Part shown: in pieces, positions 1 to 10,470 of the stretch
Layout: each line of letters begins with the position of its first letter
Position numbering within the stretch: the stretch's first letter is position 1
From: Candidatus Latescibacterota bacterium
Lineage (GTDB): Bacteria; Latescibacterota; UBA2968; GCA-2709665
Length of the DNA stretch: 64,000 nucleotides
Reading direction: 5' to 3'
Assembly: GCA_965248435.1 (NCBI GenBank)
Contig: OZ252100.1
Coordinates: 736,001 to 800,000, forward strand
Position numbers and translations under genes: made by a program
The notes under the pieces: model-generated
The model's database searches: none
Told to the model about the DNA's origin: nothing
The model's input: only the letters and a program-made list of their open reading frames with translations

Positions 1-2
1 GC

Positions 3-422
3 GCGGAGTGCGGGGCTCCACTTGGTGTCACGCCTGAACTACCGGCCCTGAGCAGCAGCAAGGTCCTGATTGTAGAAGATTCCTCGGCTACCAGGCTGGC
101 GCTCTCCATCCTGATCAGAAAGCTGGGTTACGATCCCTTAGAGGCCTCGAACGGGGTCGACGCCGTAAGACTTGCCCGGAAAGAGCTGCCGGGAATGGTC
201 CTGATGGATATGATAATGCCTGCGATGAACGGCCTGGAGGCGCTGAGGAAGATCCGGGAAAGACGAACGACGTCACACATTCCGGTAGTGATGCTCACCT
301 CGATCACGAACGCCGAAACCGTATTAGAGTCGCTCCAGGCCGGTGCCAACGACTATGTGGTCAAACCTTTTACCGCGGCGACCGTCCACGACCGCGTCAA
401 GAAATACATGGCGACGGCCTGA
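3..422 (+). CDS. Response regulator receiver protein, 5'-truncated by window edge (possible N-terminal zinc ribbon)
   Basis: The frame is open from base 3: AECGAPL...KVLIVEDS...LMDMIMPAMNGLE...VVMLTS...GANDYVVKPF, the CheY-like motifs. Confidence 0.85.
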   Translation, partial: AECGAPLGVTPELPALSSSKVLIVEDSSATRLALSILIRKLGYDPLEASNGVDAVRLARKELPGMVLMDMIMPAMNGLEALRKIRERRTTSHIPVVMLTSITNAETVLESLQAGANDYVVKPFTAATVHDRVKKYMATA

Positions 423-505
423 TCTTGGGTTCGCCCTAGCAAGCTTTCCAACTAAAGCCACCCGAATCTCGGCGGAGTCTGTTCACTTCGCTTCAGCCAC
501 TCTAA

Positions 506-1387
506 ATGGGAGATAGGTTCGTGGAATGGAAGTTCGAGCCAGTCGCCGGACCCTATAAATTCACTGAAGGACCGGTATGGGATGGGACCTTTCTGTTCTT
601 TACCCACATTCTCGGCAGTCGGGTCATGCGTTACGATCCCAAAACGAATCTTTGTGAGGAATATCGCACCGGAACCAACGGAGCCAATGGACTCGTGTTG
701 GATGCGGAGGGCCGCCTGTGTGCGTGTGAAGGTGAAGGGGATGGCCGCAGGATCGTACGTTACGAAACAAAAGAAAGCACCGTTGTGCTGGCGGATAGAT
801 TCGAAGACCGCCGACTGAACAGCCCGAACGATCTTGTGATAGACGCCCTGGGCAGAATCTGGTTTACGGACCCAAGATACGGGGATGATCGGGACGACAT
901 GGAACTCGATCACGAGTCGATTTTTAGACTGGATCCGTTAGAGGACGGATCCTACACAATCCTACGGAAAACGTACGATACGACTCGTCCCAACGGCCTG
1001 ATCGTAACGCCAGATATGAAGACGCTCTACGTCGCCCAAAGCGAGTACGGAGAGGGGAAGCAGCGTGAATTGAGGGCCTATCCCATCCTCGAGGACGGCA
1101 CGCTCGGTGAATACGAGGTGCTGCACAACTTCGTCCCCCACCGGGGTATCGACGGCATGACGCTCGACACCGAGCTGAACATCGTTGCGACCGCCGGCTG
1201 GGAAGTGAGCGGTCCGGGTCCTATGATCTACGTCTTTTCCCCCTCGGGGCGTGTCCTTGAGACCCATCCCGTCCCTGCCAGTCCGACCAACTGTACTTTC
1301 GGAGATGACGACCTACAAACGCTTTATGTAACGGCGCACGACGGTCATCTCTACCGCGCCCGTACACAACGAAAAGGGCTTGGATGA
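506..1387 (+). CDS. SMP-30/gluconolactonase/LRE family protein
   Basis: Motifs TEGPVW, GANGL, LNSPND, PNGL, IDGMTLD, PTNCTFG. Confidence 0.9.
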   Translation: MGDRFVEWKFEPVAGPYKFTEGPVWDGTFLFFTHILGSRVMRYDPKTNLCEEYRTGTNGANGLVLDAEGRLCACEGEGDGRRIVRYETKESTVVLADRFEDRRLNSPNDLVIDALGRIWFTDPRYGDDRDDMELDHESIFRLDPLEDGSYTILRKTYDTTRPNGLIVTPDMKTLYVAQSEYGEGKQRELRAYPILEDGTLGEYEVLHNFVPHRGIDGMTLDTELNIVATAGWEVSGPGPMIYVFSPSGRVLETHPVPASPTNCTFGDDDLQTLYVTAHDGHLYRARTQRKGLG

Positions 1388-1395
1388 AACGGTCT

Positions 1396-3537
1396 TTATT
1401 CCCCGGACGCCGCTTTTCTCAGAAGCTCCAGCGGGTGCAGGACCTCAAGCCCGGTGCCCTCATCCAGGTGAATCGTGCAAACGCTGCTTTCGGTAACGAT
1501 CGCCTCCACGCCCGAATCCTCGAATGCCGCAAAGAGGGGTTCGCCGACCGCCTGAGACAGCTCGTAACCCAGCAGCCCTTTCTTCAGTCCGAACGTACCC
1601 CCCATTCCACAACACGTTCCTGTCTCGATTAACTCCAGCTGAGCACCTTTCCTTTTCAGATAGGCGATCGTGTGCGCTCCAGCCCCAAGCGGGCGTTGGT
1701 GACACGGCAGATGGAACCCGAGGCGCCGTCCACTCAAAGAAAGATCAGGGTGCGACACTCCGGATCCTTCCTGCTGGAGCATCTCCAGGAACTCGAACAG
1801 CTCATACGTCCGTTTCGCGACAGCAAGCGCGTCCTCACGCGCTTCGAGGAGCTTTGGGTACGACTTCTTCAGACAGTAGGCAGCCGTTGGCTCGGCCGTC
1901 ACGATGTCGTATCCCTGTGCAACATAGGGCGCCAAAAAGCGCACGTTGTCGTCCGCAGCGGATCTTGCCTGCTTCAAATCTCCATATCCGATGTATGGGT
2001 AGCCGCACGCTTTCTGCTTCGGTAACACGACCTCGCAGTTTTCAGACTCCAGCAGCTCGATGGCGGCTATCCCCAACTCAGGCGCGTTGTAGGCGAAGTA
2101 GATATCGGCGAAGAAGGCCACACGGCGGACCGAATCGGCCTGCGAAGGGACGTGTCGACCCTTGAACCGCTTCCACAGGGTCCTGCGATCGAATGGCGGC
2201 AGCCGTCTTCGCCTGTCAATACCAACCGTATGCTCCAAAGTCCACCTGAAAGCCCCGTTTTTCAGAACCCAGTTGGAAACCGGGGCCGTAGCACAGCCGA
2301 ACTTCGCGAATGACTCAGCGGCCATCAATGCCCGATTGGCAAACGGGTGCGGATGAGCCTCGCTGTCGCGGTCCTTCACGGCCGCAATCATCATCGGGAT
2401 GTCGATCTCCGCAGGACAGATCTCCTGGCAGAGACCGCACGAGATGCACAACGGAGCGAAGTCACCGGCCTTCTCGAGGCCGTGCACCTCCGCCGTCCAC
2501 GGAATTCCGATCGGACCGGGATAGATATGACCGAACGCGTGTCCCCCGACGACACCGTAGGTGGGGCAAATGTTCATGCAAGCACCGCACCGGATGCAAT
2601 TGAGTGCATCGCTAAACAGCGGATCCTGCTGCATTCGGGAACGTCCATTGTCCAGAATAATGATATGCGATTCTCTTCCGTCCTCGTTCGCACCCGCGCC
2701 CAGGGGCGATCGGCCCCCCATCACGGTCACATAGGTCGTCAGGTGTTGGCCCACTGCACTGATGGGATGGGCCTGCATCATTTCGAGCGCATCTTCCACA
2801 GTCTCCACGATCTTTTCACGACCCATAATACAGATGTGAACGTCTGGAATGCTGCTCACAAGACGGGCGTTGCCTTCATTCGTTTCGATCACGATCGAGC
2901 CAGTCTCGGCGATTCCAACGTTTGCCCCTGTCATCCCGATATCCGCATTCAGGAAGATCGGTCTCAGGTACTCGCGGACCGTCTTCATAATGATGTCCAC
3001 GTCCGTGGGTACGTCCTTTCCCGTCGTCTCCTCGAAGATTTCTGCGACCTCTTTTATCGTCTTGTGCACCGCAGGAAAGACCAGATGGAAGGGTTTTTCG
3101 TGGGCCTTCTGAATGATCAACTCCCCCAGATCCGTTTCGACCACTTCCATCCCTGCCGCCTCTATGGGCTCGTTGACCTGGATTTCCTCGCTGGTGAGAG
3201 ATTTCGACTTGGCCACGACCTTCGCCCCACAGTCCCTGGCGATGCGGAGGATATAGCCGATCGCTTCCGGCCCGTCTTTCGCCAAAAACACCTGCGCTCC
3301 GCGCTGCCTGGCCTTTTCTGAGAACTGATCCACCAGGTCCCCGAGTTTCTCCTGGCATCGGAGCTTGATGGACCTCACTTCCTTCCGAAAGGCCTCCTGC
3401 CTTGGGAGAGCGGCCACGGCCCTGTTTCTGCTGTCGCGACCCCGTTTCATCACTTCGTAGAGTGCGGAGCGCCTAGGTTTCTCTTTCAGGGCCCGATCGA
3501 TCTTTTCATTTAGGCGCGAGTAGCGTCCATCAGCCAT
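1396..3537 (-). CDS. lutB: LutB-like lactate utilisation protein: LUD domain + 2x[4Fe-4S] + C-terminal CCG (LutA/GlpC-like) domains
   Basis: ETDLGELIIQ, GMTGAN..AETG, CIRCGACMNICP, CISCGLCQEICP, HLPCH and TCCGMGG motifs. Confidence 0.85.
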   Translation of the reverse strand: MADGRYSRLNEKIDRALKEKPRRSALYEVMKRGRDSRNRAVAALPRQEAFRKEVRSIKLRCQEKLGDLVDQFSEKARQRGAQVFLAKDGPEAIGYILRIARDCGAKVVAKSKSLTSEEIQVNEPIEAAGMEVVETDLGELIIQKAHEKPFHLVFPAVHKTIKEVAEIFEETTGKDVPTDVDIIMKTVREYLRPIFLNADIGMTGANVGIAETGSIVIETNEGNARLVSSIPDVHICIMGREKIVETVEDALEMMQAHPISAVGQHLTTYVTVMGGRSPLGAGANEDGRESHIIILDNGRSRMQQDPLFSDALNCIRCGACMNICPTYGVVGGHAFGHIYPGPIGIPWTAEVHGLEKAGDFAPLCISCGLCQEICPAEIDIPMMIAAVKDRDSEAHPHPFANRALMAAESFAKFGCATAPVSNWVLKNGAFRWTLEHTVGIDRRRRLPPFDRRTLWKRFKGRHVPSQADSVRRVAFFADIYFAYNAPELGIAAIELLESENCEVVLPKQKACGYPYIGYGDLKQARSAADDNVRFLAPYVAQGYDIVTAEPTAAYCLKKSYPKLLEAREDALAVAKRTYELFEFLEMLQQEGSGVSHPDLSLSGRRLGFHLPCHQRPLGAGAHTIAYLKRKGAQLELIETGTCCGMGGTFGLKKGLLGYELSQAVGEPLFAAFEDSGVEAIVTESSVCTIHLDEGTGLEVLHPLELLRKAASGE

Positions 3538-3575
3538 CGTGTTGACCTCTTTGTGTATTGTGCGGCAGGCAACTC

Positions 3576-4160
3576 TTAATCCATATTTTGAACGATCACG
3601 GCGTGCGCAATCTCCGGGCCGTGCACACCCAGGGTCAGGCGCATCTCGATATCTGCCGACCGACTCGGACCGGAAATGAACGTCGCGGCTGCGTGTCGAG
3701 GGTGGTCGGTGAAGAAGGATCGAATCCGTGGAGCTGCTTCCATAAGCGTTTCGATGACCTGACGCGATGAAACCAGACCCACGTGCGTCCTGGGCAGGGT
3801 TGAGATGAGGCGCATGGCGTCGTCTACCGCAAACTCCACCAAAGTCCCCGACTCGGCAATGGCGAAATCCGCTTCCGAGATGCCCACGTCAGCCTGATCG
3901 ATAAGGTGAGGAAGTTCCCCTCGGTCAAACGGTGGCTCAAGGACCTGGACCCCTCGCTCCACGAGTCCCTCTTTCAAGGCATCGTGGAAGACCTTCGGAA
4001 GTTTTCCGAACGCAACACACCGGGCATTCGCTCCCGCGACAATCCCGGTTACGCGTTCTGCTGCGTCTCTGAGGTCATCGGTCACCTGGACCTTTCCGGC
4101 GAGGGTCTCATAATTCTGTTTAAATTTGTTTACCTGCTCAGTTGACACCGCGTCCTCCAC
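3576..4160 (-). CDS. lutC: LutC/YkgG family LUD-domain protein
   Basis: DVGISEADFAIAESGT and FISGPSRSADIEMRLTLGVHGP. Confidence 0.9.
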   Translation of the reverse strand: MEDAVSTEQVNKFKQNYETLAGKVQVTDDLRDAAERVTGIVAGANARCVAFGKLPKVFHDALKEGLVERGVQVLEPPFDRGELPHLIDQADVGISEADFAIAESGTLVEFAVDDAMRLISTLPRTHVGLVSSRQVIETLMEAAPRIRSFFTDHPRHAAATFISGPSRSADIEMRLTLGVHGPEIAHAVIVQNMD

Positions 4161-4259
4161 GATTGATGTCTGGCCGGCTCAAAAGTAAATCGATCCACCG
4201 AGCAAATCAAGTTTCCTTCTTGGCCACCCAGATCCGTAACAAAGTTGACTCGAAACCTG

Positions 4260-4288
4260 TTGCAAAAAAGATACATCTGTGTTATTAT
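4260..4288 (+). promoter_or_regulatory. Putative sigma70 promoter for the Omp85/NtrYX operon
   Basis: TTGCAA-17 nt-TATTAT with a TG extended -10, in an AT-rich divergent spacer. Confidence 0.5.
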
Positions 4289-4475
4289 TCCACTATGGGG
4301 CAAACAGCCCCTTCACCATCCGGTGACCTTAAAAACATTAAAAGTTGTTTATATATAGTATCTTATGCCATGTGTATCCGAATCGTTTTCCGGCCTGACT
4401 GCGGGTACGGTTCTTGCGAGACCAAGAGGGAGCGCATATTTTAGGTACGTACCTCCTCGGAAGGGGTAAACCCTC

Positions 4476-5765
4476 ATGCACCGGATACTCTCGCCTCTCC
4501 TGATCTTCGCTCTCCTCTTGTTGTGCGGCGGCACTGCGCTGGCCCAAGAGGGTTTTGTCGTCGAACGGATCGAGGTTCGAGGCAACCAGAAGACCAAACC
4601 GGAGGTCATCCTCCGCTCCCTGGGCTTCCAGCAAGGAGACCGACTGACGCAAGAAGGGATGCGAGCCAGCCGCGAAGCGCTCTATCGTACACGACTGTTC
4701 AGGACAGTTCATCTGGCCCCAAAGCCCGGATCAGAGATGGGCAGGGCCGTGCTCATGGTCTACGTCGATGAAAAGCGGTTTGGGGACCTCGGAGTCAGCG
4801 TCGTCTACACCGAGCTGGACGGATTCGGCATCGCCTCAGACGCATACCACGTCAATCTGTGGGGAGAGGGAGAAGTGATCGGGGCCGAATTCAATAGCGG
4901 AGAGCGCCTCAGGCACCTGGGATTCACCTACACTGACCCCTGGCTGTCCGGTTCAAAGCTCTCGTTGTATCTGCAGGCTTCGGTATCCTCTTCAGATCGA
5001 GACCTCTACCGTAGCAAAGACCAGGAGTCCCGCGGACGCTACGACCTCGAGCGGACCGGAGGGTCGATCGGGATCGGAAGGCCTGTACGTGGTGATTACC
5101 GTCTGATCTTCAAATACGGCTACACAGACGTGAAAGTTGCTAGCTACCGAGCACCCCTCCTGCAGACAAACGGCGGCCTCTTTGCCGACGAAGTCGGTTC
5201 GAGGGTAGGTAGGGAGCCCGTCGCTTTTCTCGGGCTCGATCTACGCCGAATTCCTTCCGCACTCCCGTGGGGAAGCGAGGCAGGGGTGGATCTTAATTTT
5301 CAGCTGGATCTCTCGACCATACACCTTGGATCTACGGCAAACTTCCTTCGAGTGAAGACGGAAGTCTACAAGCACTTTCAGGCGTTTTCTGGACAGACCT
5401 TCTCCCTGGGAGGAAGGGCCGGAACGATCCTGGGCTCCCCCCCCTTCTACGAGCGATTCTATCTTGACGGCCCGAACCAGCTCCGGGGGTTCGAACAGAG
5501 AGAAATCGGACCAGAAGGGGGAACGCAGTTCGTGTCCGCAGAGGGCATCTATTTGATCACCCTGAAGAAACTCGGCAGGTTCTACTTCTTTGCGGAGGGG
5601 GCCGGGGTCAGGCGCTCAGTGAACGACACGGTCCACAAAGGTGTCGATGGGACGTTTGGAATAGGTTTGCTCCTGTTCAACCGGGTTGATATCAGCCTGG
5701 GGCTGGGGACCGGGACCTTAATCGTCAAGTCCCACCGCTTCGGGGGGATTAACGTAGGTCTTTAG
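4476..5765 (+). CDS. BamA/TamA (Omp85) family outer-membrane protein with one POTRA domain
   Basis: Signal peptide; POTRA-like IEVRGNQKTKPEVILR; Omp85 lid motif ERFYLDGPNQLRGF. Confidence 0.8.
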   Translation: MHRILSPLLIFALLLLCGGTALAQEGFVVERIEVRGNQKTKPEVILRSLGFQQGDRLTQEGMRASREALYRTRLFRTVHLAPKPGSEMGRAVLMVYVDEKRFGDLGVSVVYTELDGFGIASDAYHVNLWGEGEVIGAEFNSGERLRHLGFTYTDPWLSGSKLSLYLQASVSSSDRDLYRSKDQESRGRYDLERTGGSIGIGRPVRGDYRLIFKYGYTDVKVASYRAPLLQTNGGLFADEVGSRVGREPVAFLGLDLRRIPSALPWGSEAGVDLNFQLDLSTIHLGSTANFLRVKTEVYKHFQAFSGQTFSLGGRAGTILGSPPFYERFYLDGPNQLRGFEQREIGPEGGTQFVSAEGIYLITLKKLGRFYFFAEGAGVRRSVNDTVHKGVDGTFGIGLLLFNRVDISLGLGTGTLIVKSHRFGGINVGL

Positions 5766-5814
5766 AGGCTTCAGGAGGAGCAGGCAAGGTTCTTAGAATC
5801 ACAAAAGGGATCGT

Positions 5815-6426
5815 GTGAAAGAGGCGATGAGACAGCGATGCATCATCTGGCTAGGCCTCTTTTTTTTTATTGCGATGCCGGAGAGTGTGCACTCCCAGAA
5901 CATTGCGATCTCAGAAAAGCTGGTCTATCTCGAGCGGGACACCCTCAAACTCGACCTTGTTCTGGACAGGCTCTTCTCCGACCGCACGCTCGACGCCATC
6001 GAGTCGGGAATGACGACCTCGGTGCTCTTGGAGTTTCGGGTTGTATCAGGGAGAAATAGGGACACGGGCGTGCGTGGAGTCGAGACTCGCCTGGAGCACG
6101 ACATATGGGATGGACAATACCGTGTGATTCGGTACGCCAGCAGCCCAGACACGCTCGAGACGACCGCATTTGACAGCGCAAACGTATTCTGCTCTAGATT
6201 GAAGGGCCTGCCGCTTGGCGTTTTTCCCTTGAAAGACGAGCTGTTCAACATTCGCGTCCGGATCGGCGTAAACCCCATCTCTCCAGAGCAGCAACAACGA
6301 ACTAGAAAATGGCTCAATTTGCTCGAGCGCGGGAGCTTCCTGGAGCTCTTCGTCTCCCTGGACCAACCCGCAGAGCGAACGCCGTGGATCGAAATCTGGA
6401 ACTCGCCACCGGAGAAACCTGAATGA
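5815..6426 (+). CDS. DUF4390-like exported protein
   Basis: Signal peptide; LDAIESGM...HDIWDGQYRV pattern; typical position directly upstream of ntrY-like kinases. Confidence 0.6.
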   Translation: MKEAMRQRCIIWLGLFFFIAMPESVHSQNIAISEKLVYLERDTLKLDLVLDRLFSDRTLDAIESGMTTSVLLEFRVVSGRNRDTGVRGVETRLEHDIWDGQYRVIRYASSPDTLETTAFDSANVFCSRLKGLPLGVFPLKDELFNIRVRIGVNPISPEQQQRTRKWLNLLERGSFLELFVSLDQPAERTPWIEIWNSPPEKPE

Positions 6427-7910
6427 AACCCATACCCCTTCGGTGGAGAATCATCCTTGCATTGATCATCCTTGCACTGGGTACGACACTCGCCCTCTCG
6501 CTCGTCACCCAGCACTTCCTTGATCGATCCCGATGGGTAAGTGTCAACCCGGAAATGGGACAGGCCCTGAACGATGCTCTTTCCCTGGCAAAGGAGGGCT
6601 ACGACAGGCGCAAGGCTCTGCTGGGCAGGGCAGGTGAACAGCTGTTGAACGCTCCCGACCTGACTCAGGCCTTCCAGGCCCGAGATCCGGAACGATTGAA
6701 GCCTTTCTTGAGTCAGCTGGGGCTCCTGGATCACACGTTGCGCTTCGTTTTTTCCGGCGACGGCCTTTCCGCTTCGATGACCGAACGTTTGCGTACGGGA
6801 CCTCTGGTACTCAAGGAACAGGACGACCTGCTGAACCTCGTCGTTCCAGTTCGGGACCAGGGAGACATCGTCGCAGCCCTCATCGTCACGGAACACCTTG
6901 ACAAACTATTGAATGTTGAGCGAGGCGTTCAGACCTACAAGCACCTTGAAATGATCGAAGAGGAACTCCGTCAGGATTTTCTACTCGCGTTCTTGTTTGC
7001 GGCAGCTGCAGTCGTCTTGCTTGCGTCGCTCATCGGGGTTCGAGTCGGCCTGGGCATCACCAGACCGCTTTACGCCCTCATTCAAGGCACGCGAGAACTC
7101 GCCAGAGACAATCTGGATTACCGCATTACCGCCGGTCGAAACGACGAAGTGGGCCAGGTGGTTGAATCTTTTAACCAGATGGCCGAGGACTTGAAACAGA
7201 ATCGAAGGCAGAGAGTCGAGGCCGAGAAAATTGCAGCGTGGCGTGAAATCGCCCGCCGGCTTGCCCACGAGATCAAGAACCCCCTCACGCCGATTCAGCT
7301 TACAGTTCAGCAAATGAAGGACAAATATCGCGGGACTGATCCGATCTACCAGAAGCTTGTGGATGACTGTACGGAAATCGTCACTGAAGAAGTGGAAAGA
7401 CTTAAAGCGCTGGTACAGGAATTTGCGGACTTTGCTCGCATGCCTTCCTTGTCGCTTGCGCGCAACGACCTGAACAATCTCGTCTTAGACGCCGTCCGTC
7501 TGTATCCTGAGCTGAATATCGAACTCGACCTAGATCCGAGCATGCCAGAGATGAACCTGGACGTAGAGCAGATGCGTCGGGTGATCATCAACCTGATCGA
7601 GAACGGGAAGGATGCAGCTGGGGATGGGGCGACACTGGACATCCGAACTCACCTTACAAACGAGACGGCAAGACTCGTCGTGATCGACTCGGGCCCAGGC
7701 GTGCCTGAGGCGGACAGAGAGCGAATCTTCCAACCCTATGTTTCCACCAAAGAGACCGGGATGGGTCTCGGGCTTGCGGTAGCCAGAACCATCGTTGAGA
7801 ACCACGGCGGAAGCGTCACAGTCACTGACGGACCTGGAGTCGGAGCCCATTTTGAAATCAGCTTGCCCGTTGCCCCCGAGCCGGTTCAGCGACCGGAGGT
7901 GAGGAGATGA
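6423..7910 (+). CDS. NtrY-like HAMP sensor histidine kinase
   Basis: Two TM segments, a HAMP domain, H-box AAWREIARRLAHEIKNPLTPIQL, and N/G1/F/G2 boxes. Confidence 0.9.
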   Translation: MKPIPLRWRIILALIILALGTTLALSLVTQHFLDRSRWVSVNPEMGQALNDALSLAKEGYDRRKALLGRAGEQLLNAPDLTQAFQARDPERLKPFLSQLGLLDHTLRFVFSGDGLSASMTERLRTGPLVLKEQDDLLNLVVPVRDQGDIVAALIVTEHLDKLLNVERGVQTYKHLEMIEEELRQDFLLAFLFAAAAVVLLASLIGVRVGLGITRPLYALIQGTRELARDNLDYRITAGRNDEVGQVVESFNQMAEDLKQNRRQRVEAEKIAAWREIARRLAHEIKNPLTPIQLTVQQMKDKYRGTDPIYQKLVDDCTEIVTEEVERLKALVQEFADFARMPSLSLARNDLNNLVLDAVRLYPELNIELDLDPSMPEMNLDVEQMRRVIINLIENGKDAAGDGATLDIRTHLTNETARLVVIDSGPGVPEADRERIFQPYVSTKETGMGLGLAVARTIVENHGGSVTVTDGPGVGAHFEISLPVAPEPVQRPEVRR

Positions 7911-9286
7911 AAGAACGGACCGTGCTCGTCGTCGATGACGAGCGAAACATCCGACGATCGCTGGAGATGATCCTTGCCGGAGAAGGTTACACTGTCGTTT
8001 GCGCTTCCTCGGCCCAGGATGCCATCCAGAAACTGGCGAAGCTACCGATTCACGCGGCCCTGGTCGATATCGTGATGCCGGGGATGAGTGGGATCGATCT
8101 CCTCCAGAAGGTCCACGAGGACCACTTGGACGTGCCCATCATCATGATATCCGGGCACGGAACCGTCCAGGATGCCGTGAAGGCCACCAAACTGGGGGCC
8201 TACGATTTCCTGGAAAAACCCCTCTCATTGGACCGGGTCCTCCTGGCCGTTTCACACGCCATGGAGACCGCGGTGTTGGCAGAAGAGAACCGAACGCTCA
8301 GAAAGGAAGTTGAAGGGCGGTTCGAAATGGTCGGCGAGAGCCCGAAACTCGAAGTCGTCCGTGAACAGATCGAAAAGGTGGCACCCACAAACGGCCGGGT
8401 GCTCATCCTGGGTGAAAGCGGGACAGGAAAAGAACTGATTGCCCGGGATATTCACCGAATCAGCACACGAAGCCGGAGTCCTTTCATCAAGGTAAACTGC
8501 GCCGCTATACCGGAGGAGTTGATCGAAAGCGAGCTCTTTGGAAGCGATCGAGGCGCATTTACCGGTGCCGTGAAGACCAGAGACGGAAAGTTTCTACTGG
8601 CCGAGGGCGGTACGCTGTTTCTGGATGAGATCGGCGACATGAGTGTGAGCGTTCAAGCCAAAGTGCTGCGCGCCCTCGAGCAGGGTGAATTCGAACGGGT
8701 CGGCGGTTCTGAAACCATCCGAGTGGACGTGCGCGTGATCGCCGCTACGAATAAAGATCTCCAACATCTCGTGGAGGAAGGCCAATTTCGCGAGGACCTT
8801 TTCTTCAGACTCAGCGTCATCCCGATCGTCGCGCCCAGTCTGCGGGAGCGTCGGGAAGACGTCCCCTCCCTGACCTCGCACTTCCTCAACCTCTACGCCG
8901 AGGAGAACGGTTTTCGGCCGAAGACGATGACGCCTGAAGCGATAGACGTCCTCTGCCGATACGAATGGCCTGGGAATGTGCGCGAACTCAAAAATCTTGT
9001 CGAGCGCGTCTCCATCATGGTGACCAGAGACGACATCCGGGAAGAGGACCTTCCCGGCCTGAAGGGACCGACAATAGTCCGACACGAAGAGGCGGATGGC
9101 GCCTCAGCGCCGTATCGCCTCGACCAGGGGAAGACACTGAAAGAGGTCAAGGAGACGGTCGAGAAGGCCTATATTGCAGATGCCCTTGGGAACAGCGGCT
9201 GGAATGTGACCAAAGCGGCCAAAGTCCTCGGAATCGAACGCACCAATCTACACAAGAAGATCAAATACTACGAGATTGGACGCTAG
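7907..9286 (+). CDS. NtrX-like sigma54-dependent response regulator
   Basis: Receiver domain, [32 protein letters not shown], and a Fis-type HTH. Confidence 0.92.
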   Translation: MKERTVLVVDDERNIRRSLEMILAGEGYTVVCASSAQDAIQKLAKLPIHAALVDIVMPGMSGIDLLQKVHEDHLDVPIIMISGHGTVQDAVKATKLGAYDFLEKPLSLDRVLLAVSHAMETAVLAEENRTLRKEVEGRFEMVGESPKLEVVREQIEKVAPTNGRVLILGESGTGKELIARDIHRISTRSRSPFIKVNCAAIPEELIESELFGSDRGAFTGAVKTRDGKFLLAEGGTLFLDEIGDMSVSVQAKVLRALEQGEFERVGGSETIRVDVRVIAATNKDLQHLVEEGQFREDLFFRLSVIPIVAPSLRERREDVPSLTSHFLNLYAEENGFRPKTMTPEAIDVLCRYEWPGNVRELKNLVERVSIMVTRDDIREEDLPGLKGPTIVRHEEADGASAPYRLDQGKTLKEVKETVEKAYIADALGNSGWNVTKAAKVLGIERTNLHKKIKYYEIGR

Positions 9287-9309
9287 GTCCTGAATCGGAA
9301 GGTGAGTCC

Positions 9310-10452
9310 TTGGGAAGATTGGGTTTGATTCTGAGCCTACTGGCCATCTTTTTACTTTATGAGGAAGCACGGGCGCAAGCCAAGGATCAGAAGGAACTCC
9401 GCCAGCTTTCAAGGTCCGTTCGGCTCCGTCACAACCGGGTCGAGGGACTCTTCCTCGGTTATCGGATCGAGGGCAGCCCCAAGACCGGGGATTCTGTCTC
9501 GCTCTTCGCCGAGTCCGGATACGGCCTGCACAGCAGATCGTTCCGGTGGGAAGCAGGCGCGGAGTGGCGTGGAGACCGGGTCACAACGACGGCGACTGCC
9601 TTCGACCGCACTGAATCTCCGAATCGTGAACTCATTCGCACCGAAGAGAATTCGATCTTTTCCCTGATGTTTAAGGGGGACTATCGAAACTACTTTCGGG
9701 CAAAGAACGGATTCGAAACGAAGACGATCTACAGGCTGCGTCCCAGCTTCCATCTCCTAGGCAGCTTTACCGCGTTTGCATACGAGAGCATGCCCATAGA
9801 AACAGAGTGGAGCATCCTGTATCCGGACAAACGATTCAGGGCGAATCCTGAGGTCCGGCCTGGAAATTTTGGTCGCATTCAGTTTGGATTCATCACAGAT
9901 ACGCGAGTGAAAAGCCCTATCTTCCGAAACGCTTGGTTTCTGAAGGGGGTCTACGAGCGGGGGTTCAGAGAATTCAGCTACGACGGCATCATCCTGACCG
10001 TTAAGCGTTATCAGAAGGTCATCTTTGGAAATCAGGCCTTCGTCCTCCACGCCCGAGTCGGCACACGCGAAAGCTCGGCCGAACAGCACCGGTTCTATCT
10101 GGGCGGCGTGGGCACCCTTCGCGGTTTCGGCATCAAAGAGTTTTTCGGAAATCGAATGATTCTGATCAACTGGGACTACCTTTTCAGGGGAGATCTGTTT
10201 TCTCGCCTCCCGATTCGAGCGCTGCATCTCCTCAATCTCATCCTCTTTGTAGATACGGGATGGATCTCGCCTCAGCTGAGCGACAAGCATCTCTTTGAAG
10301 GCTTTCAGGATGTTCGCCTGCAGGATTTCAAGACGGATGCCGGGTTGGCCCTCGCCTTTTCGCAGCAGCTGTTCCGAATCAACGTGGCCCGAAGGCTCGA
10401 CAGAAAATCCGATCCCTGGACGTTTTCTCTTAGGCTGATGCGCAAGCTCTAA
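9310..10452 (+). CDS. Omp85/DUF5686-like outer-membrane beta-barrel protein
   Basis: Probable TTG start with a signal peptide (LGRLGLILSLLAIFLL); HNRVEGLFLG; RFYLGGVGTLRGF lid motif. Confidence 0.7.
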   Translation: MGRLGLILSLLAIFLLYEEARAQAKDQKELRQLSRSVRLRHNRVEGLFLGYRIEGSPKTGDSVSLFAESGYGLHSRSFRWEAGAEWRGDRVTTTATAFDRTESPNRELIRTEENSIFSLMFKGDYRNYFRAKNGFETKTIYRLRPSFHLLGSFTAFAYESMPIETEWSILYPDKRFRANPEVRPGNFGRIQFGFITDTRVKSPIFRNAWFLKGVYERGFREFSYDGIILTVKRYQKVIFGNQAFVLHARVGTRESSAEQHRFYLGGVGTLRGFGIKEFFGNRMILINWDYLFRGDLFSRLPIRALHLLNLILFVDTGWISPQLSDKHLFEGFQDVRLQDFKTDAGLALAFSQQLFRINVARRLDRKSDPWTFSLRLMRKL

Positions 10453-10470
10453 AGGAGCCCGAACGCTTCC

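Noticed and set aside
8965-9309. N-terminal extension of the 8965-10452 ORF
   Set aside because: It overlaps ntrX in another frame, and a signal peptide begins at the TTG at 9310.
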